A stretch of 63,234 nucleotides of DNA from contig CAMAXU010000004.1 of the NCBI GenBank assembly GCA_945862455.1, forward strand, positions 1 through 63,234. Reading direction: 5' to 3'. Position numbers and translations under genes: made by a program. Positions 9,307 through 18,941 of the stretch are shown here, one piece after another; position 1 is the stretch's first letter; every line of letters begins with the position of its first letter. The DNA is from Rickettsia typhi. GTDB taxonomy: Bacteria; Pseudomonadota; Alphaproteobacteria; Rickettsiales; UBA1997. The notes under the pieces are model-generated. The model was not told the DNA's origin. It worked only from the letters and a program-made list of their open reading frames with translations, and did not search any database.

Positions 9307-10323
9307 ATGCCTAAAAGAAAAATTGCCGTAGTTGGTGCTACCGGAAATGTTGGTCGAGAAATTTTAAATATTTTAGCGGAAAGAAAATTCCCAGCTGATG
9401 AAGTTGTAGCTTTGGCTTCACGCAACTCATTGGGTCAAAAAGTTACGTTTGGTGACAAGGAATTAGCGGTGAAGGTTTTGGATGATTATGATTTTACAGG
9501 AACCGCAATTGCTTTATTTTCACCGGGTGGAAAAATTTCTGCCATTCATGCGCCACGGGCTGCGGCGCAAGGCTGCGTTGTAATTGACAATACTTCCCAT
9601 TTCAGAATGGATAAAAATGTTCCGCTAATTGTTCCTGAAGTTAATCCCGAAGCAATCGCCGGATATAAAAAAAGTGGCATTATTGCTAATCCAAATTGCT
9701 CAACAATTCAAATGTTGGTGGCGTTAAAACCATTGCATGATTTAGCCAAAATCAAGCGCATTGTGGTTGCAACTTATCAAGCCGTTTCTGGCGCAGGCAA
9801 AGAAGCTATGGATGAGCTTTACGATTCAACCAAAAAAATCTATGCTAATCAATTTAACGAACCGGTAAAATTCAGCAAAAGAATTGCTTTCAACGTAATT
9901 CCACAAATTGATTCTTTCATGGAAGATGGCTGCACCAAAGAAGAATGGAAAATGAAAGTTGAAACCAAAAAAATTCTCGATCCAAAAATCGAAGTTGAGG
10001 CAACTTGCGTTCGCGTTCCAGTATTTAACGCTCACTCAGAAGCGGTTAATGTTGAATTTGAAAATCCAATTTCAGTTGCTCAAGCCAGAGCTGCTTTGGA
10101 AGAAGCTGATGGAGTTTTGGTTATTGATCGTCCGCAAGAAATGATTTTCACAACGCCAATTGATGCTTCAGCTAAAGATCCAGTTTTTGTTTCAAGACTT
10201 CGAAAAGATACTTCAATCAAAAATGGCCTATCACTTTGGGTTGTTTCCGACAACTTGAGAAAAGGTGCCGCACTAAATGCAGTGCAGATTGCCGAACTTT
10301 TAGTTAAAGATTACGGTTTGTAA
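9307..10323 (+). CDS. asd: Aspartate-semialdehyde dehydrogenase
   Basis: 338 aa. VVGATGNVG motif, active-site context NPNCSTIQ, and SDNLRKGAA near the C-terminus. Confidence 0.93.
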   Translation: MPKRKIAVVGATGNVGREILNILAERKFPADEVVALASRNSLGQKVTFGDKELAVKVLDDYDFTGTAIALFSPGGKISAIHAPRAAAQGCVVIDNTSHFRMDKNVPLIVPEVNPEAIAGYKKSGIIANPNCSTIQMLVALKPLHDLAKIKRIVVATYQAVSGAGKEAMDELYDSTKKIYANQFNEPVKFSKRIAFNVIPQIDSFMEDGCTKEEWKMKVETKKILDPKIEVEATCVRVPVFNAHSEAVNVEFENPISVAQARAALEEADGVLVIDRPQEMIFTTPIDASAKDPVFVSRLRKDTSIKNGLSLWVVSDNLRKGAALNAVQIAELLVKDYGL

Positions 10324-10456
10324 AAATATGTCAAATCCGACAAAATCTTTATCCAAAAATTTAGATTTAATTGAAAATTATTGCCGCCTCGAATCACTAA
10401 AAGAGGCGGCTTATGATCAAGATTTATGGCAGCAAAAAAAGATAACAGGCGGGTTT

Positions 10457-11353
10457 TTAAATATTTTCTAATGCAGTTTTCAAATCGGCAAACTGAAAAC
10501 TAAATCCACTATCAATTAAAACTTCCGGATAAACCTTCTGACCTTTTAGCAGCAACTCTTGCGCCATTTGCCCATAAACTAATTTCATTGCCAAGGCGGG
10601 AGCGTTAAAAATTGCGAGTTTTTTTAAACTGGCGGAAAAAACTTTTGTAAATTCTGCGTTACTGATTGCAAAAGGAGAAGTCAAATTTACGGCGCCAGAA
10701 ATTTTTTGATTTTCAATTAAATGAATTATCGCCGCCACTACATCATCAATATGAATCCAACTTAAAATCTGATTTCCTGAACCAATTTTTCCACCTAAGC
10801 CAAGTTTAAAAATAGGAGAAATTTTCTTTATCATTCCACCTTTAGATCCAAGAACAACGCCAGTTCTTATTCTTACAACTACTGTTTTATCTTCAGCCTT
10901 TTTTGCCTCATTTTCCCAATCTTGACAAAGTTTTTGTGAAAATAAATTTTCTTTAGTTGGCAAAGATTTTTCATTGAAAACTATCGATTCTGAAGTTCCG
11001 TAATAACCAATTGCCGAACCACTAATAAAAAGACTTGGCGGATTTTTTGCCTGATTAATTTTTTCAACAATTTTACGAGTTACATCAATTCTGCTGGCAT
11101 AAATTTCTTTTTGATTTTCTTCGCTCCAGCGCACTGAAATTGGCGCTCCGCTTAAATTAATTATAATATCAAAATCAAATTCGATTTGATCGAGATCGTT
11201 AATGTAAGAAATAGAATCACGATTTTTTAAATTAGTTTTTCTGCTCAAAACAGTTAGTTGAAAGCCCAACTCAATTAGTTTTAGACAAAGTTTGGTGCCA
11301 ATAAATCCAGTTCCGCCTGTAATTAATATTTTACGTTTTTGATTTTTTATCAT
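10457..11353 (-). CDS. TIGR01777/YfcH-type NAD-dependent epimerase-family protein (SDR39U1-like)
   Basis: 298 aa. ILITGGTGFIG motif and a DUF1731-like C-terminus (QKVYPEVLIDSGFSFQFADLKTALENI). Confidence 0.8.
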   Translation of the reverse strand: MIKNQKRKILITGGTGFIGTKLCLKLIELGFQLTVLSRKTNLKNRDSISYINDLDQIEFDFDIIINLSGAPISVRWSEENQKEIYASRIDVTRKIVEKINQAKNPPSLFISGSAIGYYGTSESIVFNEKSLPTKENLFSQKLCQDWENEAKKAEDKTVVVRIRTGVVLGSKGGMIKKISPIFKLGLGGKIGSGNQILSWIHIDDVVAAIIHLIENQKISGAVNLTSPFAISNAEFTKVFSASLKKLAIFNAPALAMKLVYGQMAQELLLKGQKVYPEVLIDSGFSFQFADLKTALENI

Positions 11354-11365
11354 AAATTTAAATGT

Positions 11366-12154
11366 TTAGAAATGTTTTAAAACCAAGCTTCCTTTGCCTA
11401 TTTTTAAACTTTTTACAATCGAGCGATAAACATAATTATTAGCTTTTTTTACAGAATTTAACAAATCGATTTTTTTAGAAATATTGCATGCAATTGCTGA
11501 TGCTAAAGTGCAACCAGTTCCGTGAATATTTTTATTTCCAAATTTTTTGTTGGTAATGATGTGAAATTCAGAATTTTCATCAAGCAAAACGCTTCTGATT
11601 TTTTTATCCAAAAAATTTAAATGACCACCCTTTATTAAAACCGCCTTACATCCCAAAGCCTTTATTTTTAAGGCTGCAAGCTTCATATCTTCAATATTTC
11701 TAATTTTCATTTCTGCTAAAACTTCCGCTTCATCAATATTTGGCGTGACTATAAAAGCTGATTTAATCAGTTGGTTTTTCAAAGCTGCAATTGCATTTTT
11801 TTTAAGCAATAAATCTCCCGAAGTTGCAACCATTACTGTGTCTAAAATAAGCGGAATTTTTTTAGCTTTTTTATTTAAAACATCAGTCACACATTCAATA
11901 ATTTCAAGCGTTGCTAGCATTCCAATTTTTATCGCATCAAATTTTATGTCATCTAAAACCGCTTCTAATTGTTCACGCAAAAAACTAATTGGAGAATTAT
12001 GAATATTAAAAACTTTTTTAGTATTTTGCGCCGTTAAACAAGTTATTGCCGCTGATGAATAAACTTTATGCGCTGTTGCAGTTTTAATATCAGCCTGAAT
12101 TCCAGCGCCACCACTTGGATCTGAACCGGCGATTATAAGAATTTTTGCAATCAT
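11366..12154 (-). CDS. thiD: Hydroxymethylpyrimidine/phosphomethylpyrimidine kinase
   Basis: 262 aa. IAGSDPSGGAGIQADIKT, KGGH, and GTGCTLASAIA. Confidence 0.9.
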   Translation of the reverse strand: MIAKILIIAGSDPSGGAGIQADIKTATAHKVYSSAAITCLTAQNTKKVFNIHNSPISFLREQLEAVLDDIKFDAIKIGMLATLEIIECVTDVLNKKAKKIPLILDTVMVATSGDLLLKKNAIAALKNQLIKSAFIVTPNIDEAEVLAEMKIRNIEDMKLAALKIKALGCKAVLIKGGHLNFLDKKIRSVLLDENSEFHIITNKKFGNKNIHGTGCTLASAIACNISKKIDLLNSVKKANNYVYRSIVKSLKIGKGSLVLKHF

Positions 12155-12177
12155 GCAGCGCCTTAAAAAAATTTAAT

Positions 12178-13494
12178 TTAAACTGCGTAAACTGTCTTTC
12201 CGCCAACAACTGTTCTGGTTGCGCGACCTTTTACTTTAAAGCCATCGAAAGGAGAATTTTTGGATTTGCTGTAAAATTTTTGTGAATCAATTGTCCAATC
12301 ATAATCAAGATCAATCAAAACTAAATCAGCGCGAGCGCCTTTTTTTATTACACCGCCATCGAAATTAATAATTTTTGCAGCGTTACAAGTCATTTTAGCA
12401 AGCAGGTCGCGAAGTGATAAAACTTTTTCGTGATATAAACTCAAACTAAGTGGCAACATAGTTTCAACGCCAACAATTCCGAAAGACGCTTCTTCTAAAG
12501 TTTTTTCTTTTGAAGCTAAATCATGCGGCGCGTGATCGGTTGCAATTGCATCGATCAAGCCTGATTTTAATCCTTCAATTAATGCCAAACGATCTTTTTC
12601 GCTGCGCAGTGGCGGATTCATTTTGGCATTAGTTCCTGATTTTAAAACTTGTTCATCATTTAACATGAAATGATGCGGAGAAACTTCAACTGTGGCATTC
12701 AACCCTTTTTCTTTGCCGCGTTTAATTGCATCAAGCGCTTCGCGCGTTGAAACATGAAGTAAGTGATAACGCCCACCCGTGCTTTCTAAAATTGCCAAAT
12801 CGCGCTCAACAATTACTGATTCAGAAATATTAGGAATGCCGCGCACGCCAAGTTCAAGCGAAACTCTTCCTTCGTTGATGCAGCCTTTATTGGTGAGGTT
12901 TAAATCTTCGGCATGTTGCGCAATTGCAACATTTAAATTTTTAGAATATTCAAAAGCGCGACGCATAACATTAGCGTTCATAACTGGTAAACCATCATCA
13001 GTGAAACCTACAGCGCCAGCTTCTTTCAAAGAATGCATGTCAGCTAATTCTTCGCCTTTCATATTTTTAGTAATGCAGCCATAGGCTTTCACGTTGCAAT
13101 AAGCCACTTCGCGAGATTTTAGGCGCAGATAATCAAAAGTTAAAACCGAGTCTAAAGTTGGTGCAGTGTTTGGTTGACAAACAACGGTTGTGATGCCGCC
13201 AGCAACCGCCGATTTTGAACCTGTAGTTAAATCTTCTTTGTGAGATTGTCCGGGATCGCGAAAATGCACTTGAATATCGATTAATCCGGGAGCTAGAACA
13301 TGACCTTTACAATCAATAATTTCGGCATCAAAAGCTTCAACACTCTCACCAAAATCTACAATTTTATCGCCAATTGTTAGAAGGCTTCCGATTTTATCAT
13401 AGCCAGTTTCCGGATCGACAATTCTGGCGTTGGTATATAAAGTTTTTTTATCAGCGGAGATTGGTTGTGCGTATGGTAAATCGAAATTTGGCAT
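12178..13494 (-). CDS. pyrC: Dihydroorotase (amidohydrolase superfamily)
   Basis: 438 aa. GLIDIQVHFRDPG metal motif and ATDHAPH. Confidence 0.88.
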   Translation of the reverse strand: MPNFDLPYAQPISADKKTLYTNARIVDPETGYDKIGSLLTIGDKIVDFGESVEAFDAEIIDCKGHVLAPGLIDIQVHFRDPGQSHKEDLTTGSKSAVAGGITTVVCQPNTAPTLDSVLTFDYLRLKSREVAYCNVKAYGCITKNMKGEELADMHSLKEAGAVGFTDDGLPVMNANVMRRAFEYSKNLNVAIAQHAEDLNLTNKGCINEGRVSLELGVRGIPNISESVIVERDLAILESTGGRYHLLHVSTREALDAIKRGKEKGLNATVEVSPHHFMLNDEQVLKSGTNAKMNPPLRSEKDRLALIEGLKSGLIDAIATDHAPHDLASKEKTLEEASFGIVGVETMLPLSLSLYHEKVLSLRDLLAKMTCNAAKIINFDGGVIKKGARADLVLIDLDYDWTIDSQKFYSKSKNSPFDGFKVKGRATRTVVGGKTVYAV

Positions 13495-13526
13495 AAGGTA
13501 TATTATTTTAGATTTTATAGCTGGAT

Positions 13527-13635
13527 CTAGCCCGAGTGGACCCCGTCGTGAAGACGGGGTGACAAAAGTTGTGTTCCTACAGGCAATTCTAAAGCATTGT
13601 CACCCCGTCTTCACGACGGGGTCTACTCGGGCTAG
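13527..13635. repeat. 109-bp palindromic element between guaA stop and pyrC start (family copy 2)
   Basis: The 38-nt arms 13527-13564 and 13598-13635 are 37/38 complementary, with a 33-nt loop. Each arm holds its own hairpin ACCCCGTC-N5-GACGGGGT. It also generates the spurious ORF 13430-13735. Confidence 0.9.
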
Positions 13636-13639
13636 AAGA

Positions 13640-15226
13640 TTATTCCCACTCAATAGTTCCCGGTGGTTTCGACGTGAAGTCATAAACCACGCGGTTAATT
13701 CCGCGCACTTCGTTAATTATTCTACTTGCAACTGAGCATAAAAACTGGGAGTCAAAATTGTAAACATCCGCCGTCATTCCATCAATTGAAGTAACAGCGC
13801 GTAGGGCTAAAACATTTTCATAAGTTCTGGCATCGCCCATAACTCCCACAGTTTTGATCGGAGTTAAAACTGAAAATGCTTGCCAAATTTTATCGTAAAG
13901 TCCCGCCTTGCGGATTTCTTCGATGTAAATTGCGTCAGCTTCTTGCAAAATTTTAATTTTTTCGGGAGTGATTTCTCCAATAATTCTAATCGCTAATCCA
14001 GGGCCTGGAAAAGGATGGCGACCAACAACATGATCCGAAAGACCAAGCTCTTTTCCAAGCACACGAACTTCATCTTTAAAAAGCATTCTAACTGGTTCGA
14101 GCAATTTTAATTTCATCTTTTTTGGCAAACCGCCAACATTGTGATGCGATTTAATTGTTTGGCTGGCGCCTTTATTTGGATGAGAAGATTCAATAACATC
14201 CGGATAAAGCGTGCCTTGCGCCAAGAAGATGGCGTTTTTGATTTTTGAAGATTCTTTGTCAAAAACTTCGATGAAAGTTTTGCCAATAATTTTACGTTTT
14301 TTTTCTGGGTCAGAAACGCCTTTTAATTTCGATAAAAATAGCTTTGACGCATCAACATAAACAAAGTTATGCAACCCCTTCATCGCGCTAACGCGTCGAC
14401 TCGATCCCCTTAAATAAGGGGATCCTAAACGACTATCAAAAACTTCTCGCACTTGGGCGCCCTCGCCTTTTCTTAAAAGACCGTGATCAACAAAAATACA
14501 GGTTAATTGTTTGCCGATTGCCTCATTTATTAAAGCTGCAACAACCGATGAATCAACGCCGCCGGAAAGTCCGCAGATCACCTGATTTTTACCGACAATT
14601 TTTTTAATGTGAGCAATTTCTTCTTTTTTGAAATTTTTCATCGTCCAATCTGGCTTACAACCAGCGATATTTACAACGAAATTTTCAATGATTTTTTTAC
14701 CTTCAATTGAGTGAACAACTTCGGGATGAAATTGCACACCGTAAATTTTTCTTTTTTCATCGCCAATTGCCGCATGCGGAGCTTTTGGCGTGATTGCAAT
14801 AACATTAAAACCAGTCGGAATTTTGCTGATATGATCACCATGACTCATCCAAACTTGTTTATTTTTTACACCTTTAAAAAGTTTAGAAGTTGCAACAACT
14901 TCAATTTCAGCTTTACCAAATTCTCTTTCAAAAGATTTGCCAACTTTTCCACCAAGCAAGTGACAGATTAATTGTTCGCCGTAGCAAATTCCTAGAATTG
15001 GAGTTTTTAGTTCGAAGATTTTTTTATCAATTGTTGGTGCATCTTTTTCATAAACTGAATTTGGACCACCAGAAAAAATAATTGCTTTTGGCCCGATTTT
15101 CTTGACTTCATCAAGTTTGATATCGTGATTTTTAACTTCACAAAAAACACCAAGTTCACGAATTCTACGCGCAATAAGTTGAGTAACTTGGCTGCCGAAA
15201 TCGATAATTAAAACGCTGTTGGACAT
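13640..15226 (-). CDS. guaA: GMP synthase (glutamine-hydrolysing), carrying an in-frame palindromic insertion
   Basis: 528 aa. GATase CYGEQ, ATP-PPase SGGVDSS, and a C-terminal dimerisation domain ending PPGTIEWE. An extra [17 protein letters not shown] segment sits at aa ~266-282. Confidence 0.95.
   Translation of the reverse strand: MSNSVLIIDFGSQVTQLIARRIRELGVFCEVKNHDIKLDEVKKIGPKAIIFSGGPNSVYEKDAPTIDKKIFELKTPILGICYGEQLICHLLGGKVGKSFEREFGKAEIEVVATSKLFKGVKNKQVWMSHGDHISKIPTGFNVIAITPKAPHAAIGDEKRKIYGVQFHPEVVHSIEGKKIIENFVVNIAGCKPDWTMKNFKKEEIAHIKKIVGKNQVICGLSGGVDSSVVAALINEAIGKQLTCIFVDHGLLRKGEGAQVREVFDSRLGSPYLRGSSRRVSAMKGLHNFVYVDASKLFLSKLKGVSDPEKKRKIIGKTFIEVFDKESSKIKNAIFLAQGTLYPDVIESSHPNKGASQTIKSHHNVGGLPKKMKLKLLEPVRMLFKDEVRVLGKELGLSDHVVGRHPFPGPGLAIRIIGEITPEKIKILQEADAIYIEEIRKAGLYDKIWQAFSVLTPIKTVGVMGDARTYENVLALRAVTSIDGMTADVYNFDSQFLCSVASRIINEVRGINRVVYDFTSKPPGTIEWE
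14381..14436. repeat. Palindromic element inserted in-frame within guaA
   Basis: Perfect 9-bp stem GATCCCCTT (14403-14411) / AAGGGGATC (14416-14424) with a 4-nt loop, flanked by GTCG(AC) at 14395-14400 and CGAC at 14429-14432. It is locally G+C-rich and the reading frame is preserved. Confidence 0.75.
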
Positions 15227-16210
15227 TTAAGCTAAAATTGATTTTGAGATTATTGTTTTGATTTGTTCTGGAGAATGTTTGTGGGTCAAAATTTGGTTTA
15301 TTTTTTCACACAAGTCTAGCTGCAATTTTAACTTTTTAGCAATTGCAGCAATTGATTTGGCGGAAGATGCGCCTTCATAGGTTTTGTTGGTTTCTTTAGA
15401 AATTTCAGCGTAAGTTTTGCCTTTAGCAATTAAAATTCCCAGAGTGTTGTTGCGTGATTTAGTTGATGAACAAGTTAGAAAAATATCACCAAATCCTGCA
15501 GCATTTATAACATCGTCGGAAGCATTTAGTTTTTTGCATAAAATACGAATTTCCGAAATTCCTTTCATCACCAAAGCTGATTTAGCATTCACGCCCAAAT
15601 CAAGGCCATCAACAATTCCGCAGCCAATTGCGATAATATTTTTGACAATGCCGCAAATTTCGGCAGTGCGCGGATCTTTGAAATATGAGGCTTTGAAATA
15701 ATCATTATTCAAAATATCGATCAATTTTTGCGCCAGTTTTTTATTTTTTGCGGCAATTGAAGTAATTGTAGGAACTTCGCTTGCCACCTCAATTGCAAAG
15801 TTTGGACCCGATAAAGTAGCAAAATTTTTAATGCCAGTTATTTGTTCAAAAGAATCGCTCAAAAGCATTAAAGAATTTTGTTCAACGCCTTTTGAACAAA
15901 TTACAAAAGCGCAATCTTTTTTGATTTTAATTTTAGAAATTTTTTTAAAAACTTCTGCCGCACTTTGGCTTGGAATAACGATAAAAACAAAATCGGCTGT
16001 CGAAATTTCTTTTTCAAATCCGGAAATTGCAGCGAGATTTTTATTTAATTTTATATTCGGTAAAAATTTGTGATTGGTTTTTTTGCAATTAATTTCATCA
16101 ATAACTTGTTTATTATTGGCACTTAAAAAAACTCGATTGGAATTTTTAGCAAGCAGGTTGGCAATTGAAGTTCCCCAAGCTCCGGCACCGATGACGATTA
16201 TTTTTTTCAT
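15227..16210 (-). CDS. gpsA: NAD(P)H-dependent glycerol-3-phosphate dehydrogenase
   Basis: 327 aa. IGAGAWGTSIA motif and conserved LSGPNFA and GLxxGxN blocks. Abuts the guaA start. Confidence 0.92.
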   Translation of the reverse strand: MKKIIVIGAGAWGTSIANLLAKNSNRVFLSANNKQVIDEINCKKTNHKFLPNIKLNKNLAAISGFEKEISTADFVFIVIPSQSAAEVFKKISKIKIKKDCAFVICSKGVEQNSLMLLSDSFEQITGIKNFATLSGPNFAIEVASEVPTITSIAAKNKKLAQKLIDILNNDYFKASYFKDPRTAEICGIVKNIIAIGCGIVDGLDLGVNAKSALVMKGISEIRILCKKLNASDDVINAAGFGDIFLTCSSTKSRNNTLGILIAKGKTYAEISKETNKTYEGASSAKSIAAIAKKLKLQLDLCEKINQILTHKHSPEQIKTIISKSILA

Positions 16211-16608
16211 GATATTTTTTCGATTGTAACAAAGGCGTTTGCGACTGGATTTTCATCCGTAAGCGACAAATGAATTGCAAAATTATTGCAGTTAAAATGT
16301 TTTTTTAAAAATTCTTCTTTGCCATTTAAAATTTTAATTTGCGGTTTTCCCAAATTATCATTGGCAATTTCAATATCTTTAAAATTAATTCCGCGCCCTA
16401 TTCCCAAGCCTGTAGCTTTGGAAAAAGCTTCTTTGGCGGCAAATCTTTTGGCGTAAAATAAAGTGCGTTTTTCAGAAATTTTAATCGAATCGGCTTTTAA
16501 AATTTCACTTTCAACAAAAATTTTTTGCAGAAATTTTTCTTTAAATTGAATTATAAGTTTTTCAATTCGACCGACCAAAACTGAATCAATTCCGATTCCA
16601 AGAATCAT
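16207..16608 (-). CDS. acpS: Holo-[ACP] synthase (4'-phosphopantetheinyl transferase)
   Basis: 133 aa. ILGIGIDSV N-terminus and FAAKEAFSKA motif. Overlaps gpsA by 4 nt. Confidence 0.9.
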   Translation of the reverse strand: MILGIGIDSVLVGRIEKLIIQFKEKFLQKIFVESEILKADSIKISEKRTLFYAKRFAAKEAFSKATGLGIGRGINFKDIEIANDNLGKPQIKILNGKEEFLKKHFNCNNFAIHLSLTDENPVANAFVTIEKIS

Positions 16609-16701
16609 TTTTTTTTGTGAGTAATTGCATGTTAATTAATCGGCTTTTAAAAACGCGAACCGGACCATCAGTTTTTTAAGTTTTAACTATCACAAACTCA
16701 A

Positions 16702-18234
16702 ATGTTTTCTCAAAAGAATATCGTTATCACTATCGGAAACTACGGCGCGGTTGTAGCTCTCCATAATGGCGGAAGCATTGAAAATAAAATTTTTTTAGAT
16801 GAATTAAATGACACCTCGAAAGAAGAATTAAAATCAGTTTTCAATAAAAATAAATCAGCTCCAGTTTACGTTTTGCTTGATACTATTGATCAAAGCTACA
16901 AGAAAAAAGTTTATCCTGCAATCCGTCGTGGCGATTTAAATCGCATCATAAAACGCGATATGGCAAGCGATGGTGACAAAGAAAGTTTAAAAAGTTTTAT
17001 TCTTTTAAACACTAAGAGATCAGGAACTAGTAGATGGGAAGCTTTGTTTGTTACATCAGCAACTTCTGAAATTATCAATAAATGGTTCGAATTTATACTC
17101 GAAATGCAAAACCGTTTCGTTGGTATTTACATGCTTCCAGTTGAAGCGCACAGCCTTTTTAAAAAAATCAAAAGCGATATAAAACTTAAATCTCGAGTTC
17201 AAAATAAAAAGAATGATCTTTATTGCTTCGTAATGCAGAGCAAGGTTTCTGGTATCAGACAGATTGTGTTTTCAGATCAAGGAATTGTATTTACTCGCGT
17301 TGTAAATTATAATTTTGAACAGGCCGATTTCTTAGAAAAATATGAACAAGATATTTACAGCACTTTCGAATATTTAAAACGCCTCTTCCCCGAACTATCA
17401 ATTTCAGAACTCGATATTGTTAATATTTTTTCAAGCAGTGTTTTAGAATCGATCAAAAAGATTAACAGTGTCGATCTAAACTTCGTAAATTACACACCGT
17501 TTGAAGCAGCGCAAAAAACTGGTTATGGTAAAATAATGCCAGAAAACAGCCAATATTGCGACATGATACTTTCCAAGATTTTTTCCGAAGGTAAAAAGAT
17601 TTTAAAATTTACTATTCCAAGAATTATAGCTCTAGAAAAATTCTTTTTAACTTTACGTTTTTCTTATTACTTAAATCTGTTTTTACTAATAGGTGTTTTT
17701 TCAGTTAGTGTATATTCTATTTTTTCGCGAGACAAAGTCGGAGAAGCTATTGAGGCTGCAGAAACTCAAAAATTTGCCTCACTTCAAGAATTAGGAAGAA
17801 TCAAAAAATCTGCACTTGAAGGTACACAAGGTGAAGATGAGCAAGATTTAGACATTCAACAAATTACAGATTTTGGAAAAATGGAAGAAGCTTTGGGTTC
17901 GATTGGAATCAACTATATAGATTTTTATATTAAACTGAAATTTCTGAAAGATTTTAATGTTAAGCTTACAGAATATAATTACGTGATTCCAGAATTTAAC
18001 TTTCGCTCTCCATCTTCTAATCCAAATTATAATGTCACTCTTAATGGATCGATTTTAAATAAAAGCGGCGACATCGAAGATCTATTTAGAGAATTCGATA
18101 CATTGGTGGTTGAGGTGAAGAAAAATCTCAACAAAAATACAGTTAAATATGATGACTTGCCTCGCAATATCGATTTTAACCAAAAATATTACAGCTTTCC
18201 TATCAACTTCAACATTGCTAAGGGCGTTGAATGA
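16702..18234 (+). CDS. Putative fused PilM-like (cytoplasmic actin-fold) / PilN-like (TM plus periplasmic) pilus-alignment protein
   Basis: 510 aa. The N-terminal ~310 aa follow the PilM block order: VITIGNYGAVVAL, then VYVLLDT..KKKVYPAIRRGDLNRIIKRDM, then YMLPVEAHSLF. A single TM segment (LNLFLLIGVFSVSVYSIF, ~aa 322-340) is followed by a ~170-aa tail. Assigned by eye only. Confidence 0.45.
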   Translation: MFSQKNIVITIGNYGAVVALHNGGSIENKIFLDELNDTSKEELKSVFNKNKSAPVYVLLDTIDQSYKKKVYPAIRRGDLNRIIKRDMASDGDKESLKSFILLNTKRSGTSRWEALFVTSATSEIINKWFEFILEMQNRFVGIYMLPVEAHSLFKKIKSDIKLKSRVQNKKNDLYCFVMQSKVSGIRQIVFSDQGIVFTRVVNYNFEQADFLEKYEQDIYSTFEYLKRLFPELSISELDIVNIFSSSVLESIKKINSVDLNFVNYTPFEAAQKTGYGKIMPENSQYCDMILSKIFSEGKKILKFTIPRIIALEKFFLTLRFSYYLNLFLLIGVFSVSVYSIFSRDKVGEAIEAAETQKFASLQELGRIKKSALEGTQGEDEQDLDIQQITDFGKMEEALGSIGINYIDFYIKLKFLKDFNVKLTEYNYVIPEFNFRSPSSNPNYNVTLNGSILNKSGDIEDLFREFDTLVVEVKKNLNKNTVKYDDLPRNIDFNQKYYSFPINFNIAKGVE

Positions 18235-18941
18235 AAATTTTAATTCTGCGTAAAAAAAATATTATCAGTTTTTCTGTATCAGGTGTTCTAGTTATTATGT
18301 GCGCAGCCGGAGCTTTTTATACATTTCGTCAAAAAAATACATTAAAAGACAAGATTGAAGCAATAGGCAGTGAAGCTTCTAAAATAAGGGCTGAGGCAGC
18401 TGATTTAGAAAGTAAAACCACTGAACTTAAAAAATATAAAAAATTATGGAGCAATCTTACTGATAATCGAAAAATCACTGCGGGTATCAAAATGGATGAT
18501 ATTAATTCCAAACTTGCAACACTTGCTGAAAAATATGCAATTACCAACCAAACAATCAAAGTTACCTTGCCCGAAACTATGAAAGGCGGTTTGTTTGAGC
18601 GCTCAACTATTACAGTAGTATCAACTACTGGGAGCTTAAATTTTCAGGCGGTTAATGATGTTAAGGCTTTGTCTTTTATTGAAGAATTTATAAATTCTTT
18701 TCCTGGATATGCCGTTGTAACCGGAGCGCAAATTAGAAAAGGAGACAAAAACTATACCACTGAAGATCTAATTACAATCAGCACTGGTAAAGGTGTGGGA
18801 CTGATAAATGGAAAAGTTGATTTTGTCTGGTATGCCTTCAGAAACAAAGATACAGAAATTAAAAAACCCGTAGATATAACTGCTAAACCTAGCGAAATTA
18901 AACCAAATTCAGTAGCTCCGAATGCGCAACCAACTTTGTAA
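18231..18941 (+). CDS. Putative PilO-like bitopic membrane protein
   Basis: 236 aa. N-terminal TM segment, a coiled coil (aa ~35-75), then an alpha/beta domain with FIEEFINSFPGYAVV...VDFVWYAF. ATGA overlap with the upstream gene. Confidence 0.4.
   Translation: MKILILRKKNIISFSVSGVLVIMCAAGAFYTFRQKNTLKDKIEAIGSEASKIRAEAADLESKTTELKKYKKLWSNLTDNRKITAGIKMDDINSKLATLAEKYAITNQTIKVTLPETMKGGLFERSTITVVSTTGSLNFQAVNDVKALSFIEEFINSFPGYAVVTGAQIRKGDKNYTTEDLITISTGKGVGLINGKVDFVWYAFRNKDTEIKKPVDITAKPSEIKPNSVAPNAQPTL

Noticed and set aside
10328-10471. 47-aa plus-strand ORF (MSNPTKSLSKNLDLIENYCRLESLKEAAYDQDLWQQKKITGGFLNIF). The segment CRLESLKEAAYDQDLWQQKK vaguely resembles the RL..L.....DP.LW.D..K helix at the N-terminus of release factor RF2. 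It also contains an 8-bp stem-loop, GCCGCCTC-N12-GAGGCGGC.
   Set aside because: It is too short, and the similarity is judged from memory only. It overlaps the 3' end of the convergent yfcH-like gene. It could be a prfB remnant or a bidirectional terminator hairpin, but neither can be supported without a search.
13430-13735. 101-aa plus-strand ORF spanning the pyrC start, the palindromic element and the guaA end.
   Set aside because: It is created by the G+C-rich palindromic element (translation ...SSPSGPRREDGVTKV...HPVFTTGSTRARR) and overlaps two well-supported minus-strand genes.
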